Source of the DNA: an uncultured Verrucomicrobiota bacterium
GTDB taxonomy: Bacteria > Verrucomicrobiota > Verrucomicrobiia > Limisphaerales > CAZZJO01
Reading direction: 5' to 3'
Length of the DNA stretch: 64,000 bases
Assembly: GCA_964654645.1 (NCBI GenBank)
Contig: CAZZJO010000043.1
Location: 24,650 to 88,649, forward strand
Shown: positions 60,244 through 64,000 of the stretch, piece by piece
Layout: every line of letters begins with the position of its first letter
How positions within the stretch are numbered: the first letter of the stretch is position 1
Notes under the pieces: model-generated
What the model saw: only the letters and a program-made list of their open reading frames with translations
Database searches by the model: none
Told to the model about the DNA's origin: nothing
Translations under genes and position numbers: made by a program

Positions 60244-62178
60244 TTCGACTGGCAAGTCTATAACGGCTATGTAGAGGTTGCTTACGATAAACTGGGATGC
60301 TGAGCTTTGTGCGCTGGCAACTCTTATAGCGAATGCGTCGAACCTGTGGAACGGAAAGTTGGTTTCTACTCCTACCACAGTCCAGTTAGTGCCACCGCCT
60401 ATGATGGAATTTGTAATGCGGACCATGTTTTTTGCGATGCGGCTGATAGTAAGCCGATTTGTGTAAAACACGTTTTCCTGGAAGGCGGGGGCACCCAGAA
60501 GGCCCGCTGGTCCAGCAGTAATTGATACGAAATCGCCTATTGTGCCCATTAAGTTAGCTGAATCGAGTGCTGCCCTATAGTAAAGCCCGATTGGACTGTT
60601 TATGGAGAATACTTTACCAAAGTCGATATTCACCATGAATCCATTGACCATGGTGCCGTTCCCACCGCTACCACTGAACCCACTTGCGGTTGGTCGAGTT
60701 GCGCCATCGGCATAGTTAAATAGCCCAAGCCTTAGCCCACCATTGCTTTCCACGATTCCATTTGCTTGGAAGACAAACTCAGTAACTAGCCCTTTACCTA
60801 CGTCTAAATGAATAGGAGGAGCATCTTTGTCGGTGAAAAACGCAAGTACCAGCATTGAAGATGTCTGAGGAGGTTCTAGGACTAGATTATATCTAGTGGT
60901 TTGGTTTTCGTCGTCCCAGTAGCCATATAGGTAACGCCCCGTACCAGATGAGTAAAGCCAAGCCGCATTGGTTGTGTTAACGGGATATCCAGGTACAGTG
61001 TCACCCCATTCGTAATCTTCCCACCGTTCATCTAAAACCAAGCCGGTTGGGGTTTTAACTGCTTGTGTAACGTTGACCGTTATTATCGAGGATGTGGCCC
61101 AGCTATTGTTGCATGGGACGTTTACAAGACATCTATATCTAATCCCATTGTCAGCCAGGCTGAGAAGGGGGGTAAAGTACTTGCTTGCATATGACCCGAT
61201 GCCTCCACTTGCATTAACCCAAGTGATACCGTTGTCGCGACTTTCCTGCCAGGAATGAACACGAGCCGTGCCGCGGCTGATGACGGAGAGCATTGTAAGT
61301 GCCCCCTCAGAAATAGTTGGATTGTTTGTTGGCAGAGTAAAATCTATCGCGGCCTTCACACACGTACCTACCGGTGGAGTTACGTCTGCCCAGTTTGTTG
61401 AGAACCGGAATTCGTCAAATGTTGCATTAGCCTCCGGCCAGACATCGAGATAAAAGCGGCCAGGCCCCGTACTGCTACTGTCTTCGTATCCTTCGCTGGT
61501 AGATGCATCTGGCGGGGGAACTTCCTCTTCAGATTTCGCAAATGTGCTTGGGGGTGGGTTGACCCAGAGGTCAACAATATCATCCGACCTTGTAGCGCCA
61601 ATCATTTGTTGCCTGGCTACCACGAAAACTGTTTCCCCCACTGCTATATTTTTTGGTACCCAAACAGGGATACCATTGGATTTTGCTATTCCTAATTGGA
61701 TGTAGTTGCCGCTTAATCGCGCTTGAATGCTGAAATTTGTTGGACTGGATCCGTTCTGCCTTGTGACTACCGCGATCACCTTGCCCTGTGGATCCAAACC
61801 GCTTGTAGAGTTAAATCTGTAGAGAAATGAGAAATATAGCTTTGCTTCAGCTGAGGGTGGATACGCCCTGTTAGTTGCAAACAGGCAATAGTGGGAATGC
61901 ACATATCCCGTTCCCCCTCGTATTTCTGCTTTATCGCCAGCAGATGCTACCAGTCCAAGAGGGGTGCCATCCAAGCTGCCGCTGCCAAACTCGACAAATA
62001 CATTGGTGGCTGTACCATACCACCCTTCGTGGGCGGCAACACCGACTTGCCCAACAGGCCCGCTTTGGCTTGCCATGAACTGGCTTTCTATAGGCGGCGT
62101 TTGCCCGAGAGCTTGTAATATGAGAGTAATTCCGAAGATACCCGCAAGGCCGATTGCGTTTGGTTTCATAGTGGTCAC
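60040..62178 (-). CDS. Exported hypothetical beta-rich protein (lectin-like regions plus an Ig-like domain) with a C-terminal RFFR domain
   Basis: Signal peptide, FDEFRFSTNWADVTP, Ig-like WQESRDNG...GIRYRCLV, and ends SQTRFFRL. ATG 62169 is the likely start. Confidence 0.65.
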   Translation of the reverse strand: MTTMKPNAIGLAGIFGITLILQALGQTPPIESQFMASQSGPVGQVGVAAHEGWYGTATNVFVEFGSGSLDGTPLGLVASAGDKAEIRGGTGYVHSHYCLFATNRAYPPSAEAKLYFSFLYRFNSTSGLDPQGKVIAVVTRQNGSSPTNFSIQARLSGNYIQLGIAKSNGIPVWVPKNIAVGETVFVVARQQMIGATRSDDIVDLWVNPPPSTFAKSEEEVPPPDASTSEGYEDSSSTGPGRFYLDVWPEANATFDEFRFSTNWADVTPPVGTCVKAAIDFTLPTNNPTISEGALTMLSVISRGTARVHSWQESRDNGITWVNASGGIGSYASKYFTPLLSLADNGIRYRCLVNVPCNNSWATSSIITVNVTQAVKTPTGLVLDERWEDYEWGDTVPGYPVNTTNAAWLYSSGTGRYLYGYWDDENQTTRYNLVLEPPQTSSMLVLAFFTDKDAPPIHLDVGKGLVTEFVFQANGIVESNGGLRLGLFNYADGATRPTASGFSGSGGNGTMVNGFMVNIDFGKVFSINSPIGLYYRAALDSANLMGTIGDFVSITAGPAGLLGAPAFQENVFYTNRLTISRIAKNMVRITNSIIGGGTNWTVVGVETNFPFHRFDAFAIRVASAQSSASQFIVSNLYIAVIDLPVEPPAPVPLHLQRQGDNVVLQWTEPRFSLYTATNVLGPYTRVTNATSPYTNRIDSQTRFFRLMWTPLDQ

Positions 62179-62195
62179 GCTGTTCTCAGTATAGG

Positions 62196-62224
62196 CTAAT
62201 ACTTTACGCTGAATGTTTTGTCAA
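62196..62224 (-). promoter_or_regulatory. Candidate sigma70 promoter for the 712-aa exported protein
   Basis: On the minus strand: TTGACA (62219-62224), 17 nt spacer, TATTAG (62196-62201). Confidence 0.4.
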
Positions 62225-62341
62225 AAATAAGTGGTTCTGAAATTCTGCACGGCGGTTTCAAAAAAATGCACCCTCCACATCCGAATGCCCAAAAGGAATG
62301 AGGGTTGGAGATAATTTTTGAGGGTGAGATTGCTTGTTTAG

Positions 62342-64000
62342 CTAATCACCGGTTTCCGAATATTCGAACCAATCGAAATCCGCCGGTGCAGAACACGGTT
62401 TGCCATTACCGGAAGCATATAGACCTATTACAACACCAGTGAAGTTGAAGTTGGCTCCTGGCTGAGAACTTAGCGTTTCAGTTGATAGGTCTCGAGTTAG
62501 AAGTTCGCCCAACTTGGTTTCCCCGCCATCTGGTTTAACGAAAAAGAATTCGTAGCGTAATGGAGTAGCTCTTATCCCTAGTTCAATGAAGCCAGGTTGA
62601 ACGTTAATGATCTTTTCTGGGGCAATTTGACCATTCCGGATAATTTTTAGGGCAACCACGGTTTGGTTTTCGCGGCGGGTCACGACAAGAACTGCGTGGT
62701 TCCGTTCATTACCGCGAATTGCTAAGCCAGCCTCTTCGTTTTCCGCAGTAGGCGTGAAAAATACTCGGGTACGGACCACGCAATTGAACGCAGTTTGGCG
62801 TCGGCCGACAAAGGTGGGCGAGCCTATGTCTCGTAGGCTCACAGAAGCGCCTTTGAGCCGCAGGATTCCTGGCCGTTCGGTAAGCGAGTAGTTTTCTTCT
62901 ATTGGGTTGCGGACGAATACCCAGTCAACCGGGAGGTTAGACTCTGAAAACTCGACTCGTGTTGGTGGTTTTGGCCAAGGGCATGGTGGCAGTTTCGGGG
63001 CTGTCATAACTTCGGCAATGGGTTTGTTGTCGTTTATCACAGGCCATCCTTTTTCATTCCATTTCAAGGGTGCTAGAAAAGTTTCCCTACCAAGGTGGTG
63101 ATGTCGTCCACCGACTGGGCGGAACCCGAGAAAGACAATCCACCATCCGTCGGGTGTTTCTACCAGGTCTCCATGGCCAAGGCCCTGGAATGGATGATCA
63201 GGAAGGTGTTTATGAGTGAGAATCGGGTTGTGTGGACACGGTTCATAAGGACCCCAAGGCGAATCGCTGCGTGCAATCGTGATGCAGTGGCCGTAGCTTG
63301 TGCCTCCTTCCGAGATCATGAGGTAGTATTTCCCGTTAATCTTGTAGAGATGTGGACCTTCTGGCCAGACGCCACCCGTACCCCGCCAAATTTCTTTCAT
63401 TTCTCCGATCAGTTTTCCCGTTTGGATGTCAATGAGTTGGAGCCCAATATATCCACGTTCTCCGCCTACTTGCCTGTGGTAATATACCTTTCCGTCTTCA
63501 TCGAAGAAAAGGGACGGATCGATGCCCTCTCGGTCAAGCCACACTGGGTCTGACCAGGGTCCCGCAGGATTTGTCGCGTACACATAGAAATTGCCTCCAC
63601 CCCACACGTGGGTAGTGATCATGTAGAAGACACCATTGTGATACCGGATGGTGGGGGCAAAGATCCCATGGGACGATTGCCGTCCTTCTAGGTTGAGTTG
63701 CGATTTACGTGTGAGGCAATGACCGATTAAACGCCAGTTTACTAAATCGCGGCTGTGGAAAACTGGGACCCCTGGGAAATATTCGAATGTACTATGCACC
63801 ATGTAATAGTCGTCTCCCACCCGGCAAATGCTAGGATCTGGGTAAAAACCTCGTATGATTGGATTCCGGTACATAGCAGGTTGAGTTAATTGGCCGTCAG
63901 TTTTTGTTGGAGACGCAGAAATGGTTTGTGATGTAACCAACGCTATGATTGGAATAAAAAGCCTTGTTAAGCATTTATGAAGGTAGAACCTTCGGAGACC
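62342..64000 (-). CDS. GH43 beta-xylosidase/arabinofuranosidase with a C-terminal lectin-like domain; start may lie outside the window
   Basis: GFYPDPS, IDPS and WPEGPH catalytic motifs, plus HGDLV and GRETFL. The frame stays open from 63940 to the window edge through a signal-peptide-like stretch. Confidence 0.9.
   Translation of the reverse strand, partial: GLRRFYLHKCLTRLFIPIIALVTSQTISASPTKTDGQLTQPAMYRNPIIRGFYPDPSICRVGDDYYMVHSTFEYFPGVPVFHSRDLVNWRLIGHCLTRKSQLNLEGRQSSHGIFAPTIRYHNGVFYMITTHVWGGGNFYVYATNPAGPWSDPVWLDREGIDPSLFFDEDGKVYYHRQVGGERGYIGLQLIDIQTGKLIGEMKEIWRGTGGVWPEGPHLYKINGKYYLMISEGGTSYGHCITIARSDSPWGPYEPCPHNPILTHKHLPDHPFQGLGHGDLVETPDGWWIVFLGFRPVGGRHHHLGRETFLAPLKWNEKGWPVINDNKPIAEVMTAPKLPPCPWPKPPTRVEFSESNLPVDWVFVRNPIEENYSLTERPGILRLKGASVSLRDIGSPTFVGRRQTAFNCVVRTRVFFTPTAENEEAGLAIRGNERNHAVLVVTRRENQTVVALKIIRNGQIAPEKIINVQPGFIELGIRATPLRYEFFFVKPDGGETKLGELLTRDLSTETLSSQPGANFNFTGVVIGLYASGNGKPCSAPADFDWFEYSETGD

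Overview
A gene-dense, mostly housekeeping bacterial chromosome segment. I saw no CRISPR array, rRNA, transposase, integrase or prophage gene. The style of the proteins (LamG, lamin-tail and CotH surface proteins, an ECF/anti-sigma/DUF3106 trio, a NuoD ending DFVMGECDR) suggests Verrucomicrobiota; this is an inference. The window holds about 45 CDS, including mutS, fhs, metG, thrH, psd-pssA, kamA-like, bamD-lptE, gyrB-gyrA, nuoBCDEFG, a cbiM/nikMN-type S component and GH27, GH127 and GH43 hydrolases. It also holds tRNA-Thr(TGT), tRNA-Gln(CTG) and one frameshifted ArsB/NhaD-type transporter. The most interesting observations are: (1) a perfect GTATTA-N16-TAATAC palindrome, NikR-operator-like, in a 62-bp divergent gap between an exported nucleoside hydrolase-FmdE fusion plus NikMN and an exported OB-fold-like protein plus pseudopilin, a candidate nickel-acquisition system; (2) four unrelated exported proteins sharing a ~65-77 aa C-terminal domain ending in (R/S)F(Y/F)R(I/V/L), a candidate sorting signal; (3) a strong Thr-Asn over Asn-Thr bias confined to exported proteins, a candidate modification motif; (4) a tRNA-Gln gene with its own promoter lying antisense between nuoE and nuoF, in a nuo cluster lacking nuoA and nuoH-N; (5) a metzincin whose prodomain appears to be encoded by a separate upstream gene. 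All family assignments come from motif recognition by eye; no database searches were run.
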